From Octopus sinensis (lineage: Eukaryota): a DNA stretch of 64,000 nt. The notes beneath the pieces are model-generated. The model was not told where the DNA came from and did not search any database. It worked only from the letters and a program-made list of their open reading frames with translations. Location of the stretch: NCBI RefSeq assembly GCF_006345805.1, contig NC_043018.1, positions 6,138,001 to 6,202,000 on the forward strand, given 5' to 3'. Below are positions 25,690-39,236 of this stretch, piece by piece. A program made the position numbers and the translations under genes. The stretch's first letter is position 1, and each line of letters opens with the position of its first letter.

Positions 25690-26093
25690 ATTGTGGGCTT
25701 CATGGTATGGTCAAATCTTTACAGCGTTGGACAAATTGATTTTCAGAATTTCTTCCAACATTTTGCATTCTTAATTCAAACCCTAAAGAGGCTGACTTTA
25801 CTTGCCATCCCTCTCTGGAAGGGGGGGGGGGGTGATAAAATAAAGTGTCAAGTACCAGCCAGGTACTGACGTTGATGTGAGGGGATAAGAAAATAAGGAC
25901 CAGTTAAGCACTGGGATCAACATAATCAGCTAACTTCCTCTGCCCCCAAATTTCAGATCTCATGCCTATAGCAGAAAGGATCATCATCATTATCATCACT
26001 ATCATCATCATTACCACCATCATCATCACCACCATCATCATCACCATCACCATCATCATCACCATCACCATCATCGTCATCATCATCATCATC

Positions 26094-26125
<32 letters not shown>

Positions 26126-26162
26126 CATCATCATCATTACCACCATCATCATCACCATCATC

Positions 26163-26194
<32 letters not shown>

Positions 26195-26512
26195 CATCAT
26201 TATTATTATTATTGCCGTTGATTTAAAAAGGTAATATAAAAGGAGAAATGGGCTCTCTACCCCCTTTTTTGACCAGGCTTCCATTGGCTTTTATGGGTTT
26301 TTTCCACCAGGAAGCTCTTGTAACGCCTCCCCCTATTGGGAGTTTTTCGTTGTTATGATTTTTTATTGTTACACTGTTTTTACACGTTTTTTTTTACAAA
26401 CGGACAAAACCCTTTGTAACCTTTCTTCTTGTTTTGTCCCTTTATGTAATATTTGATTTTTGTCAGCCCTTGTGGCCAATAAAAAAATTTATTATTATTA
26501 TTATTATTATTA

Positions 26513-26584
<72 letters not shown>

Positions 26585-26585
<1 letters not shown>

Positions 26586-26965
26586 GGTGGTGAGCTGGCA
26601 GAAACGTTACCATGCTGGGCGAAATGCTTAATGGTATTTCGTCTGTCTTAACATTCTGAGTTCAAATTCCACCGAGGTCAACATTACTTTTCATCCTTTT
26701 GGGGTTGATAAATTAAGTACCAGTTGTATACTGGGTCGATCTTTACTACCCACAAGGGTCAAAACACAGAGAGGATGAAAAAAGGTCAGGCAAACGGATT
26801 AAGTCGATTATATCGACCCCAGTGCGTAACTGGTTCTTATTTAATTGACCCCGAAAGGATGAAAGGCAAAGTCGACCTCGGCAGAATTTGAACTTAGAAT
26901 GTAACAGCAGACGAAATACTGCTAAGCATTTCACCTGGCGCGCTAACGATTCTGCCAGCTCGCCA
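26585..26965. mobile_element. Two SINE C copies, tail to tail (26585-26741 +, 26742-26965 -)
   Basis: A plus-strand head follows a (TTA)n array and is joined to a minus-strand copy, forming an inverted repeat. Confidence 0.75.
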
Positions 26966-27483
26966 CTGACAGGTTAATTAAATGGAGGCAGGGAGAACAA
27001 ATAGATGAGTTCATAGGTTTGTGTGGTGAGAAGGAACCATTTAGCTGTGTATTACTAGCCAGTAGAGTTAAACTTTAGAAATAAATGCCCAACTTCAAGA
27101 GGGGACCTTACAATTTAAGGAAATATGGATAAACCCTTATACCCTGTGGAACAGGATGAACTATGAGAATTGAACTTCATACACTTCTCTTCCTCAAGTT
27201 TCCTAGAAGTTTCTTGCATATATATCTTGTCTCCAATATCGGAATACCTGGTATATGGAAATGTGGATCAACACATTGATCCATTACTTGGGAAAACCCA
27301 GAAACAACTGCAAGACATTATTACTTACTCTTGGTTACTTTGAATCACCATTATGATAATTAGAATAATTTAAATAGTCTAAAAAGCTTGTCCTGACTTA
27401 GTTTTGTTTTCCTCTTCCATTAATATATATATATATATAATTTCTTCTTAAGAAAAAATATATATTCAAATAAGTAAAACGTA

Positions 27484-27518
27484 ATATCATGAATAGCGAT
27501 AGCGAAACCGGTCGATAT
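27484..27518 (+). ncRNA. Minimal hammerhead-like motif with A3/U8 core variant
   Basis: AUAUC-AUGAAUA-GC GAUA GC-GAAAC-CG-GUC|GAUAU. Confidence 0.5.
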
Positions 27519-28431
27519 ATTAAAAATTATATTAAAACTATGTAAGTGTGCATATTTTCCTTTTTTAATTTCTTATATATATAATATATATATATATATA
27601 TGTATGTATGTATGTGTGTGTGTGTGCGTGCGTGTCTATATAAAAATGTATCTATGTACACACACACAGACACACACACAAACACAAGCACACACACAGA
27701 CACACATGCACACATATATAATCATCATCATCATCATCATTATCATCATCGTTTAACGTCCATTTTCCATGCTAGCATAGGTTGGATGGTTCGACCGGGG
27801 ATTGGGAAGCCAGGAGGCTGCACCAGGCTCCAATCTTCATCTGGCAGTGTTTCTACAACCGGATGTCCTTCCTAACGCATCCGAGAGTGTAGTGGGTGAT
27901 TTTTGCGCACCACCGGCATAGGGGCCAGGGGAGGCTATATATACATATACATGTATGGGTGTGTGTGTGTGTTTATATGTATATATGTTTACGTTGTACG
28001 TTTTATTGATCTCAACATGTAAAACCAAAGTTTGGAACTCTATTTATTCAGTTAAACTCCAAAAGATCAATATAGTGAGGAGCAAATGAGTTACCATTCT
28101 GTAGATATCATTCTCTTGTTCCATTTCAATATTTTGAACACATTCCACAAATGGAGAACAAGTGAAGAGATAAATTCTTACATTTATTGAGTAAATGTGA
28201 AGCATTTATCAACCACACTGTGCAATTTATATAGGACATAAGCACATGTCTGCCCATAAATATATGTGGGTGTATATTTACACACACACACATATATATT
28301 TATTTATATTTCCTAAGCGCCATACTAATACAATTGTTTGTTTGTATTCCACCTGCCTTCGTCTTTTGTTTATTTCCGTAAACTGCCTTCGTCTTTTGTC
28401 TATTTTCATAAAGCTTCCCGTTATATATGTA

Positions 28432-28556
<125 letters not shown>

Positions 28557-28603
28557 CATATATATATAATATATATATATATATTATATATATATATATT
28601 ATT

Positions 28604-31600
28604 CATCATCATCATCATCATCATCATTTAACGTTCGCTTTCCATGCTAGCATGGGTTGGACGGTTCAACTGGGGTCTGGGGAGCCCGAAGGCTGCACCA
28701 GGCCAGTCGGATCTGACAGTGTTTCTACAGCTGGATGCCCTTCCTAACGCCAACCACTCCGAGAGTGTAGTGGGTGATTTTATGTGCCACCGACACAGGT
28801 GCCAGACGAGGCTGGCAGACGGCCACGCTCGGATGGTGTTTTTTATGTGCCACCAACACAGGTGCCAGACGAGGCTGGCGAACATACACGATCGGATGGT
28901 GTTTGTTACGTGCCCACAGCACGGAAGCCAGTCGATGCGGTACTGGCTACGGCCACGTTTGGATGGTTTTCTTATGTGCCACCGGCACTGGTACCACAAA
29001 GATACAAATTCCATTGATGTTCATCTATTTTGATTTGGTTTGATTTTGATTTTCACTTGCCTCAACAGGTCTTCACAAGTGTCACAAGAAGGAAGGTATG
29101 CACAGGTGGACTGACTACGTCCCAGGTAGGGGCCACGGGTTATGGCCTGACTAGTCTTGCCGGGTCTTCTCACACACAGCATACTTCCATAGGTCTCGGT
29201 CTCTAGTCATTTCCTTGGTGAGACCTAAAGTTCGAAGGTCGTGCTTCACCACCTCGTTCCAGGTTTTCCTGGGTCTACCTCTTCCACAGGTTCCCTCAAC
29301 TGCTAGGGTATGGCACTTTCGCACACAACTATCTTCATCCATTCTCACCACATGACCATACCAGCGCAGCCGTCTCTCTTGCACACCACAACTGATGCTT
29401 CTTAGGTTTAACTTTTCTCTCAAGGTACTTACACTCTGTCGATTATGAACACTGACATTACGCATCCATTGGAGCATGCTGGCTTCATTTCTTGCGAGCT
29501 TACGCATATCCTCAGCAGTCACGGCCCATGTTTCACTACCATGTAGCATGGCTGTACGTACGCATGCATCATACAGTCTGCCTTTTACTCTGAGCGAGAG
29601 GCCTTTTGTCACCAGCAGAGGTAAGAGCTCTCTAAACTTTGCCCAGGCTATTCTTACTCTAGCAGTTACACTTTCAGCACACCCACCCGCTACTGACTTG
29701 GTCTCCTAGGTAGCGGAAGCTATCAACTACTCTAGTTTGTCTCCCTGGAACGTGGTAGAAGTTGGTCTCTGCACATTTCAGTGTTTATTGCTCCTGAGCA
29801 TCTGTCACAGACAAAAACTATTTTCCTAGTTAGCCTTCCTTTGACATTGCTGCACCTCTTATGTGTCCATAGCTTACACTTGGTGCACCTTATAGAGTTT
29901 CTACCTACACCTTTTTTACAGATCGAGCAGGGCCATCTACCTGAAGTCGTTTGTGATTGGTCCACCTTCCTACTTATTAGGACTTTGGTTTTGGCTAGGT
30001 TGATTCTAAGGCCCTTCGATTCTAATCCTTGTTTCCACACCTGAAACTTCTCCTCCAGTTCTGATAGTAACTCAGCAATTAGAGCAAGGTCATCAGCATA
30101 GAGGAGCTCCCAGGGGCATCCTGTCTTGAATTCCTCCATTATTGCCTGGAGGACTATGATAAATAGGAGGGGACTGAAGACTGAACCTTGGTGGACCCCA
30201 ACCTCTACCTGGAATTCTTCACCGTACTCGTTGCCAACCCTCACCTTACTAGCAGCGTCTCTGTACATGGCTCGCACAGCTCTCACTAACCATTCATCTA
30301 TCCCTAGTTTCCTCATTGACCACCAGATAAGGGATCGGGGGACCCTGTCAAAGGCTTTCTCCATGTCAACAAAAGCCAGGTACAAGGGCTTATCTTTGGC
30401 TAGATATTTCTCCTGCAGCTGTCTTACCAGAAACATAGCATCAGTAGTACTTTTCCCTGGCACGAACCCAAACTGCATATCATCTAAGCTAACTCTCTCT
30501 CTAATTAATTGGGCTATAACCCTCTCCGTAACCTTCATTACCTGATCCAGCAGCTTGATGCCCCTGTAGTTATTTGTATCTAGAGCGTCACCTTTACCTT
30601 TGTAGCAGTTGACTATTATGCTGCTACACCAGTCATTGGGTATGACTTCTTCGTGTATCACCTGGTTAACTATACGGGTGACTATGCTATAGCCGACACT
30701 ATCAGATATTTTGAGCATCTCTGCAGTAATTCCTGATGGGCCTGAGGCTTTCCCTGTTTTCATGCTTCTAATTGCCTTAACTACTAAGGAACTGTTAACT
30801 CAGATTGCTGGTCCCTCTGTTGGGTCAACATTCGGCAGACTCTCTTTATGCCATTCATTTTCCTCATTCAGCAACCTTTCATAGTGGCGTCTCCAAGCCT
30901 CTCTCTTTGCATCCTCATTTAGCGCAAGTGAACCGTCATCCTTGCGAACACATTTCTCTCCTACCACGTCACGATTCTCTCTCACACACTGTCTTGCAAC
31001 ACGAAATACCTCAAGTCTTTCATCCTCACAGCGCAGGACATTGGCAAATTTTTTCTTATCTGCTTCCCCTCTGGCTAGATAGACCTGTCTCCTAGCTTCC
31101 CTTCTGGCAGTCTGATACACTTCCCTGCTACCACCGTTCTTCCAGGCCTTCCAAGCCTGTTTCTTTTGTCTAATAGCCCTGTCAACAATATTGTTCCACC
31201 ACCACGTTATTTTGGGTCTTAAGGGGACTTTGCACCAGCCACAGATCTGGTCAGTGGCTTTCAGCAGGTTGTCCCTCAGAAGCGTCCATTTCTCTTCTAC
31301 CCCATGCGTAGCTATACCCCCTTCCATTTCGTCAAAGGCTTCAAGTAACATGTCTCTAAATCTCTGTCCATTCGCAGGGTCTTTAAGCTTCCAGACCCTT
31401 CTCCTCCATGTTGGTCGTCTTCTAGTCGCCCTCTTAGTCCTGATCCTAAAGTCACTAACTACCAGTCTATGTTGTGTGGTGCATTCTTCGCCTGGGAAGG
31501 TTTTGGCATTTATAAGCAGCCATCTTTCCCTTTTTCTGGCAAGGATGTAGTCGATTTGGCTAGTATGCCGGCCCGATCGGTAGGTGACCAGGTGGCTTGT

Positions 31601-31866
31601 CGGTTTCCTGAAGTTAGTGTTGCAAACCATAAGACTATTCGCATCGCAGAACTCCAGCAGCCTGGTTCCCTCCTCGTTGCGGGAACCATAACCGTAGCCT
31701 CCATGTACGCCATGGAAGCCCCCAGCATGTCGTCCAACATGCCCATTGAAATCACCAGCCACAAAGAGAAGGTCCCTGTCGTTCGTCAATGAGGTGGTCT
31801 GCAGTAGGGTGTCATAGAAACTGTTTTTCTGTCCATCGGGTAGCCCTGGCTGAGGGGCATAGGCCG
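28604..31866 (-). mobile_element. RTE-clade LINE, 5'-truncated within APE, ORF2 nearly intact, complete 3' UTR and (GAT)n tail
   Basis: ISAYAPQ, FVAGDFNGHVG, SQIDYIL, TQHRLVVSD (APE); YKGKGD..NYRGIKLL, QFGFVPG, FVDMEKAFDRV, GVHQGSVFSPLLF, LLYADDL (RT); GSETW, RLRWYGHV..GRGRPRKTW. In-frame TGA at 30800-30802, a frameshift near 29750 and further stops just after it. Confidence 0.95.
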
Positions 31867-31897
<31 letters not shown>

Positions 31898-32293
31898 CAT
31901 ATATATATATAAGATTTTGTATGTGTGTATATATATATATATAATATCGGTACTTCGTTGTACCATTTATTTACTTTGATATATATATATATAATATTTT
32001 GATAATGACTTGTGGATGGAAATTTATAGGCTTTGTTAATGTAAGACAACATGTGTTTCTGCATCTCACAGGTTCATTAGCAAGGATGTATTCATATTCA
32101 TAAGACATTATTTAATATTATTCATAAATATCTATGAATCTTGAGTTTTCCTCTATCACCATGTGTATGCTTTGTCAGGCAATTACATTTAATGCTTTTG
32201 CTGGTCATATATATTGACTTAAAGACGAAATGTTCCATTATATTTTTGGAGCATTACCCGTGTAAATGTCACAGCAAACCAAAGAAACCAAAA

Positions 32294-32419
32294 AAAAAAA
32301 AAGAAAAAGAAAAACACACCATATTTGACGGAAACGGGTTGGACCTACTCTTCTACGAGAAGAGTAGGTCCAACCCGCTTCCATCAAATATGATGTGTTT
32401 TTTCTTTTTCTTTTTTTTT
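32294..32419. repeat. Near-perfect palindrome, ~61-bp arms, 3-nt loop
   Basis: ...cgggttggacctactcttct-acg-agaagagtaggtccaacccg...; three mismatches and one 1-nt bulge. Confidence 0.9.
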
Positions 32420-32532
32420 GCTTATGATACAACACACATGGAAAAAATAAAACAGAGGTTCATTTTAACATTATACACACACACACACACACACGCACAC
32501 ACACACACACACACACATGCATGCACACAGAT

Positions 32533-32793
32533 ATAATTATAATTAGGGGCACTGAATGTACAGCACCTGCATACTGGAAGTAGAGGCCAAATGATTCTAA
32601 ACCACTTGAAATTGTACTCCATTTACACAGGTTGAAAGCAAGAAATATGGACAACATGAGATTTAGTAAAACATTGTCCATTTTTCTTGCCTTCAGTCTG
32701 CGTAAATAGAATACAATTTGAAGTAGTTTAGAGTCATTTGGCATCTACTTCTAGCATACAGGTGCTGTAACTTCAGTGCCCTTAATTATAATT

Positions 32794-32795
<2 letters not shown>
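32533..32795. mobile_element. Palindromic MITE (~125-bp arms, ~13-nt loop)
   Basis: ggggcactgaatgtacagcacctg ... caggtgctgtaacttcagtgccct. Flanked by TAATTATAATTA on both sides, which could be a TSD or the TIR end. Confidence 0.75.
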
Positions 32796-32832
<37 letters not shown>

Positions 32833-33659
32833 GTTTAACGTCCGTTCTCCATGCTAGCATGGGTTGGACGGTTCGACCGGGGATCTGGGAAGCCAGGAGG
32901 CTGCACCAGGCTCCAGTCTGATCTGGCAGTGTTTCTACGGCTGGATGCCCTTCCTAACGCCAACCACTCCGTGAGTGTAGTGGGTGTTTTTTCGTGCCAC
33001 CGGCACAGGTGCCAGGGGAGGCTGGCAACGGCCACGATCGGTTGGTGCTTTTTACCTGCCACTGGCACGGAAGCCAGTCAAGGTGGCCACGTACAGATGT
33101 ATCTACATATATCTTTTATCCTCTTACTTGTTTCAGTCATTTGACTGTGGCCATGCTGAGGGACTGCCTTGAAGGTTTTTAGTCAAAGAAATTGATCCCG
33201 GGACATTTCTTTTAAACCTAGTCCTTATTCTATCAGTTACTTTTTGCTGAATCACTAAGTTATAGGGATGTAAACACAGCAATACTGGTGTCAGTTGATG
33301 ATGGAGGACAAATACACACACAAACACACACATATATATATATATATATATTGAACCAATCCTATGACTGGCACCCGGCAGATGCCAGGACCCCTGGACT
33401 GGAGATACGTAAAAAGCACCCACTACACTCACGGAGTGGTTGGCGTTAGGAAGGGCATCCAGCTGTAGAAACATTGCCAGATAAGACCGGAGCCTGGTGC
33501 AGCCTTCTGGCTTCCTAGATCCCCGGTCGAACTGTCCAACCCATGCTAGCATGGAGAACGGACGTTAAACGATGATGATGATATATATATATATATAGGG
33601 AGAGAAACAAAGAGAGAAAAAAATGTGTGTAGTGGCTAATGATCTATCATGGTGACTGA

Positions 33660-33765
<106 letters not shown>

Positions 33766-34088
33766 TATACATATATATATATATATCCTTCCCTTATATG
33801 AAGTAATCTACCCAGTATTCATTCTTTATCGAGTGAAAAAACAGTATGGATGATTTGTTTTGGAGTCTAGTAGTACAATGTACGCCTATGAGGATTTACT
33901 TTCCCATTGAAACTTGGTTTTTTCTCAAACTTTTTCTCAAACCTGCTATAATGTGATACAAGTCTTTGCTGTGGCAATTGTATGCGGCTAAAGAAGGCTT
34001 TTGATCTATCTGTTATATCAATTATGCATTGATATAAGTTGTTCATATGTACCGCAAAATCCTTTGCGTCCTGTTTTTCTTTTGATAC

Positions 34089-34122
<34 letters not shown>

Positions 34123-34946
34123 GTATATATATCATATATGATGGCTTTGTTTCAGTTGCCACCAACCAAATCTGCTCACATGGCTATATATATGTATATA
34201 TATCATATATGATGGCTTTGTTTCAGTTGCCACCAACCAAATCTGCTCACATGGCTTTGGTTAGCCTGACACTATAGTAAAAGACACATACCCAAATTAC
34301 CATACTGCAGGACTAAACCCAGAACCCTGTGGTTGGGAAGCAAGCTTCTTACCACACAGCTACGCCTGAGCTTATATTGTAGGTATTTTAATGGGTGTTA
34401 GCTGGTCACTTTCTCCGCCTGGAAACACTACTTTACCAAATTGCCACCAAGCCATTTATTAATGGAGTCAAGCAAACCAATAATTATAGGTATAACACGT
34501 GAATTTTATAATCTGACTGAAGAAGCTGCAGATTTCCAAGTAGATGTCCATAAATATACTCTTTCTGATGTGTATAAATATGTATGTGGTTGTATGTGTG
34601 TATGTTTGTCATGGAAGTGTGTGTATTTATTGATGAATATATATACACATATGCACACACACACACACAGAGGTGGTAAGAGCAATAGTCCCCAGTTAAA
34701 CTTCCCATATATACACACACACACATACATATGTATATATGTATGTATGTATGTACATATGTATGTAAGATATATGTGTGTGTGTGTATTTATATATGTA
34801 TGTATACATGTGTGTGTGTGTGTATGTATATATACATATATATATACACACACATACACCCACACATATATACACACACATTTAGTTATAAATACAGTGA
34901 TAGACAGATAGATAGGTATATAACTTATGCACATCCATAAGTGTGT

Positions 34947-35004
<58 letters not shown>

Positions 35005-35237
35005 GTGTGTGTCTCTGTGTGTGTGTGTGAAATGCATCCATAATTCAAAAGCTAATTTTATCCCACACACTCTGTCACATCAAGTGTTTCTGAAGATTGT
35101 GTTGGAATTATAAGAATATATTTGGTATATTCAGCCACTTATGAAATAATTCAATGAGGAGACAGAGTTCAGTTGATTGAACAACTAAAATACTCTTCAT
35201 GGCAAAAAGGAGTGGCCATTGACTAATAATGCTTATG

Positions 35238-35270
<33 letters not shown>

Positions 35271-35474
35271 ATCATTAGCATGCCAGGAAAATTGCTTTGC
35301 AAAATTTTGTCCATATTTACACTCTGAAATCAAATTCCATTGAGGTCACCTTTACATTTATCCTCCTGGGGCCAATAAAACAAGTACTTGCTGAGCACTG
35401 AAATCAATGTAATTAACTGCCCCCCTCCCCCCACCCTGCTCTCGAATTACTGACTCTGTGCCAAAATTTGAAAC

Positions 35475-35522
<48 letters not shown>

Positions 35523-35532
35523 TACTTCTACA

Positions 35533-35959
35533 TAGGTGTAGGAGTGGCTGTGTGGTAAATAGCTTGCTTACCAACCACATGGTTCCGGGTTCAGTCCCAC
35601 TGCATGGCACCTTGGGCAAGTGTCTTCTATTATAGCCTTGGGACGACCAAAGCCTTGTCAGTGGATTTGGTAGACGGAAACTGAAAGAAATCTGTCATAT
35701 ATGTGTATACATATGTATGTATGTGTGTGTGTGTGTGTGTGGTGTGTGTGTGTGTGTGTGTGCGCTTGTCACCCTAGCATTACTTGACAATTGATGCTGG
35801 TGTATTTATGTCCCCGTCACTTAGCGGTTCGGCAAAAGAAACCGATAGAATAAGTACTGGGCTTACAAAGAATAAGTCCTGAGGTCGAGTTGCTTGATTA
35901 AAGGCGGTGCTCCAGCATGGCTGCAGTCAAATGACTGAAACAAGTAAAAGAATAAAGAG
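35533..35959 (+). mobile_element. SINE A, full length
   Basis: Same structure as 2523-2945. Confidence 0.85.
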
Positions 35960-35971
35960 ATTATTATTATA

Positions 35972-36008
<37 letters not shown>

Positions 36009-36284
36009 TCAAGAGAGGTCGTTGCCATTGCTGCTGGACTGGCTCCTGTGCAGGTGGCACGTAAAAAACACCATTTGGGCATGGCCGTTGCCAGTACCAC
36101 CAAACTGGCCCTCGTGCCAGTGGCACGTAAAAACACCCACTACACTCTCGGAGTGGTTGGCGTTAGGAAGGGCATCCAGCTGTAGAAACTCTGCCAGATC
36201 AGATTGGAGTCTGGTTCGCCAGACCTCAGTCTAATCGTCCAACCCATGCTAGCATGAAAAACGAACGTTAAATGATGATGATGA

Positions 36285-36315
<31 letters not shown>

Positions 36316-36567
36316 CATCATCATCATCATTATTTTTATTGTTACTATTATTATTATTAAGGTAGTGAGCTGGCAGAACTGCTAGAGGGCTGGACAAAAT
36401 GCTTGACCGTATTTTGTCCATCCTTATGTTGTCAGTTCAAATTCTTCTGATGTCGATTTTCTTTTCTAGGCTGATAAAATAAACACCAGTTGAACACAGG
36501 AGCCAATATAATCGACTTAACCTCTATCCAGAAATTGCTGGCTTTGCGCCAAAGTTTGAAATCATTA

Positions 36568-36600
<33 letters not shown>

Positions 36601-36607
<7 letters not shown>

Positions 36608-36974
36608 TTCACCTTAGCAAAGGCTGAGGTATTTTTTTTCAGTCATGTTTGTTTGTTTGTCCATGGACAAGATATCTCAAGAACTGCTGGATGGATTTGG
36701 ATGAAACTTTCAGGGATGTTTGGCCTCATGACTGGCACAAATCCAATTAGATTTTGGGATTGATGCAGTACTGGATAAGGATTCTGGATTATCTATCTGT
36801 TTTTTTTTTTTTACTTAATTTTTGAGAGCGGTTGGGTTCCTTTTTAGTATTCTCGTTTGTGAGAGCAGTCAAGTTTATTTCAGATATTCCCATTTTAAAA
36901 ATCATCTCCAGCTAATCTTTGAGAGAAGGTTGGTGTTGCCTTGGCAGAGGTTTGCGCTCTTGTTAGTGCTCTTG
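36601..36974 (+). mobile_element. Helentron-associated non-autonomous element (HINE/DINE-1-like)
   Basis: 5' ttaccttcacc..aaggctgaggt sub-TIR and palindrome, (gttt)n, gatatctcaagaactgctggatggatttggatgaaactt, 3' ccttggcagaggt sub-TIR then gcgctc..agtgc hairpin; sits in TT-rich microsatellite. Confidence 0.65.
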
Positions 36975-36991
36975 TTGTTGTTGTTGTTGTT

Positions 36992-37073
<82 letters not shown>

Positions 37074-37099
37074 TATCATTATTATTATTATCATTATTA

Positions 37100-37144
<45 letters not shown>

Positions 37145-37148
37145 CATT

Positions 37149-37181
<33 letters not shown>

Positions 37182-37192
37182 TATTATTATTA

Positions 37193-37230
<38 letters not shown>

Positions 37231-37395
37231 TATCATTATTATCATTATTATTATATTATCATTATTATTATTATTTATTATTATTATTATTATCATTATT
37301 ATCATCATCATCATCATCATCATCATTATTATTATTATTATTATTATTTATTATTATTATTATTATTATTATCATTATATTATTATTAATTATTA

Positions 37396-37445
<50 letters not shown>

Positions 37446-37485
37446 GTTATTATTTTTATTATTATTATTATTATTATAATTATTT
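36975..37485. repeat. (TTA)/(CAT) microsatellite array
   Basis: Direct inspection. Similar arrays at 26490-26584, 38044-38105 and 46325-46801. Confidence 0.95.
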
Positions 37486-37706
37486 CTTTTTTCCTCCTTT
37501 CTTCAAATTTTCTTCTGTTTTCTCGATGAGTGTTTTCCGTACACCTAGAGCAGAGAAGCTCTTGTATGCATTCCCAGATTACACACGCAAATTCACAGGT
37601 AAAATATGTATTTAAAAAATTAATAAATAAATAAATTCATGAATGGATGTTGTTTTCACAGCGATAATGCTCTTCACAGTACATGAGTTGTTCCATTATT
37701 ATTATT

Positions 37707-38042
37707 CAGTAGTTTTATTTTATAGCGTACTTTCACTTCACTACCGAGCATAGCTCTGTGTGCCTTGGGTATGTGCTGTGATTTGTTGAGATGCTCTGAT
37801 GGTTATTGTATTGAAAGTGTTCTGCGTAGGATGTGTGCAGTGCCTAGTAGTGCAATTTTCTGTATGTTATATGTGTTTGTAAGTCCTGGTGTTTTTGTTA
37901 TGTATTTGTCTGAATATTTTTTTATCATGCCTAATGCACCTACTATGATAGGAATTGTTTCTGTTTTTAGATTCCACATTCTAGTTACCCTCTATTTCCA
38001 GGTCTTTGTATTTTGAAAGTTTCTCCATTTTTTTAGAGACAC

Positions 38043-38043
<1 letters not shown>
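37707..38043 (-). mobile_element. R4/Dong-like non-LTR retrotransposon 3' fragment (RLE domain) flanked by (TAA)n
   Basis: KKMEKLSKYKDLEIE/VTRMWNLKTETIPIIVGALGMIKK...IQKIALLGTAHILRRTL* (one frameshift, stop 37803-37805) plus 3' UTR; AATAATAAT on both sides in sense orientation. Confidence 0.8.
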
Positions 38044-38108
<65 letters not shown>

Positions 38109-38865
38109 ACAGCAAGCAGGCAGAATCGTTAGCATGCCAGACTAAGTGTTTAGTGGCATTTCATCTGTTTTTACATTTTGAGTTCAAATTGTCCTGAGGC
38201 TAGCTTTGCCTCTCATTCCTTTCAGGGTCAATAAAATAAATACCAGTTGCACACTGGGGTCAGTGTAATCGACTTACCCTCTTCCCTCAAAATTTCAGGC
38301 CTTGTGCTGAAAATAAAAAGGGATTATTACTGAATCTACAACATGAAAAATGCATATTAAGCATTCAAAAACATGCAATAACTTTTAATTTCATTCAAAC
38401 ATTTCTTATTTGGTGTCAAAATTTTCGGTGCATTTACGGTCCTCTGTTCACTGCCGCAGTCTTTTTTTGCTGCAACACTAAGTTGCAGTAGAATTGTGTC
38501 ATTGACCAGGATGCACTTAAAGCTCTGAAAATTTGCGACACCAAAACAATAAATGATTAAGGGAAGTTAACAGTTTTTGTGGTTTAATATGTGTCTTTAG
38601 AGGCTTGAATAATCGTTTTTAGTTTCAACACTGTCTCACATCAAAATGCTTGGCAAGGATATCTCTGAAGTTATTAAAGCAGCAGCAGCAGCAGCAGCGG
38701 TGGTGGTGGTGGTGGCAGTAGTAGTAGTAGTAGTTAGTAGTAGTAGTAGTAGCAGTAGTTGTTATTGTTGGCTTGGTGGTAGTAGTAGTTGGAGTGACAG
38801 TATAATAATACTTGTTGAAGAAGTAGTAGTAGTAGTAGTAGTAATAGTAGTAGTAGTAATAATAA

Positions 38866-38900
<35 letters not shown>

Positions 38901-38994
38901 ATAGTAGTAGTAACAGCAGCAGTAGTAGTAGTAGTTATTGTTGCCGTTCTAGTATTAATTATAATTGTAGTAGTGGTGCAGACGGTAGTAGTTA

Positions 38995-39032
<38 letters not shown>

Positions 39033-39104
39033 ACAGTTGTAGTAGTTGATGCAGCAGCAGTAGTAGTAGTGGTAGCGATGGTAGCAGCAGCAGCAGTAGT
39101 AGTA

Positions 39105-39149
<45 letters not shown>

Positions 39150-39204
39150 ACAGGTAGTGTTGTTAGACAGCAAACTGAATTATTTCATGAAAACTATACT
39201 ACTC

Positions 39205-39236
<32 letters not shown>

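Noticed and set aside
38357-38590. Possible old MITE with diverged inverted repeats
   Set aside because: Only patchy complementarity (ggtgtc..aaattttc / gaaaattt..gacacc); ends and TSD cannot be defined by eye.
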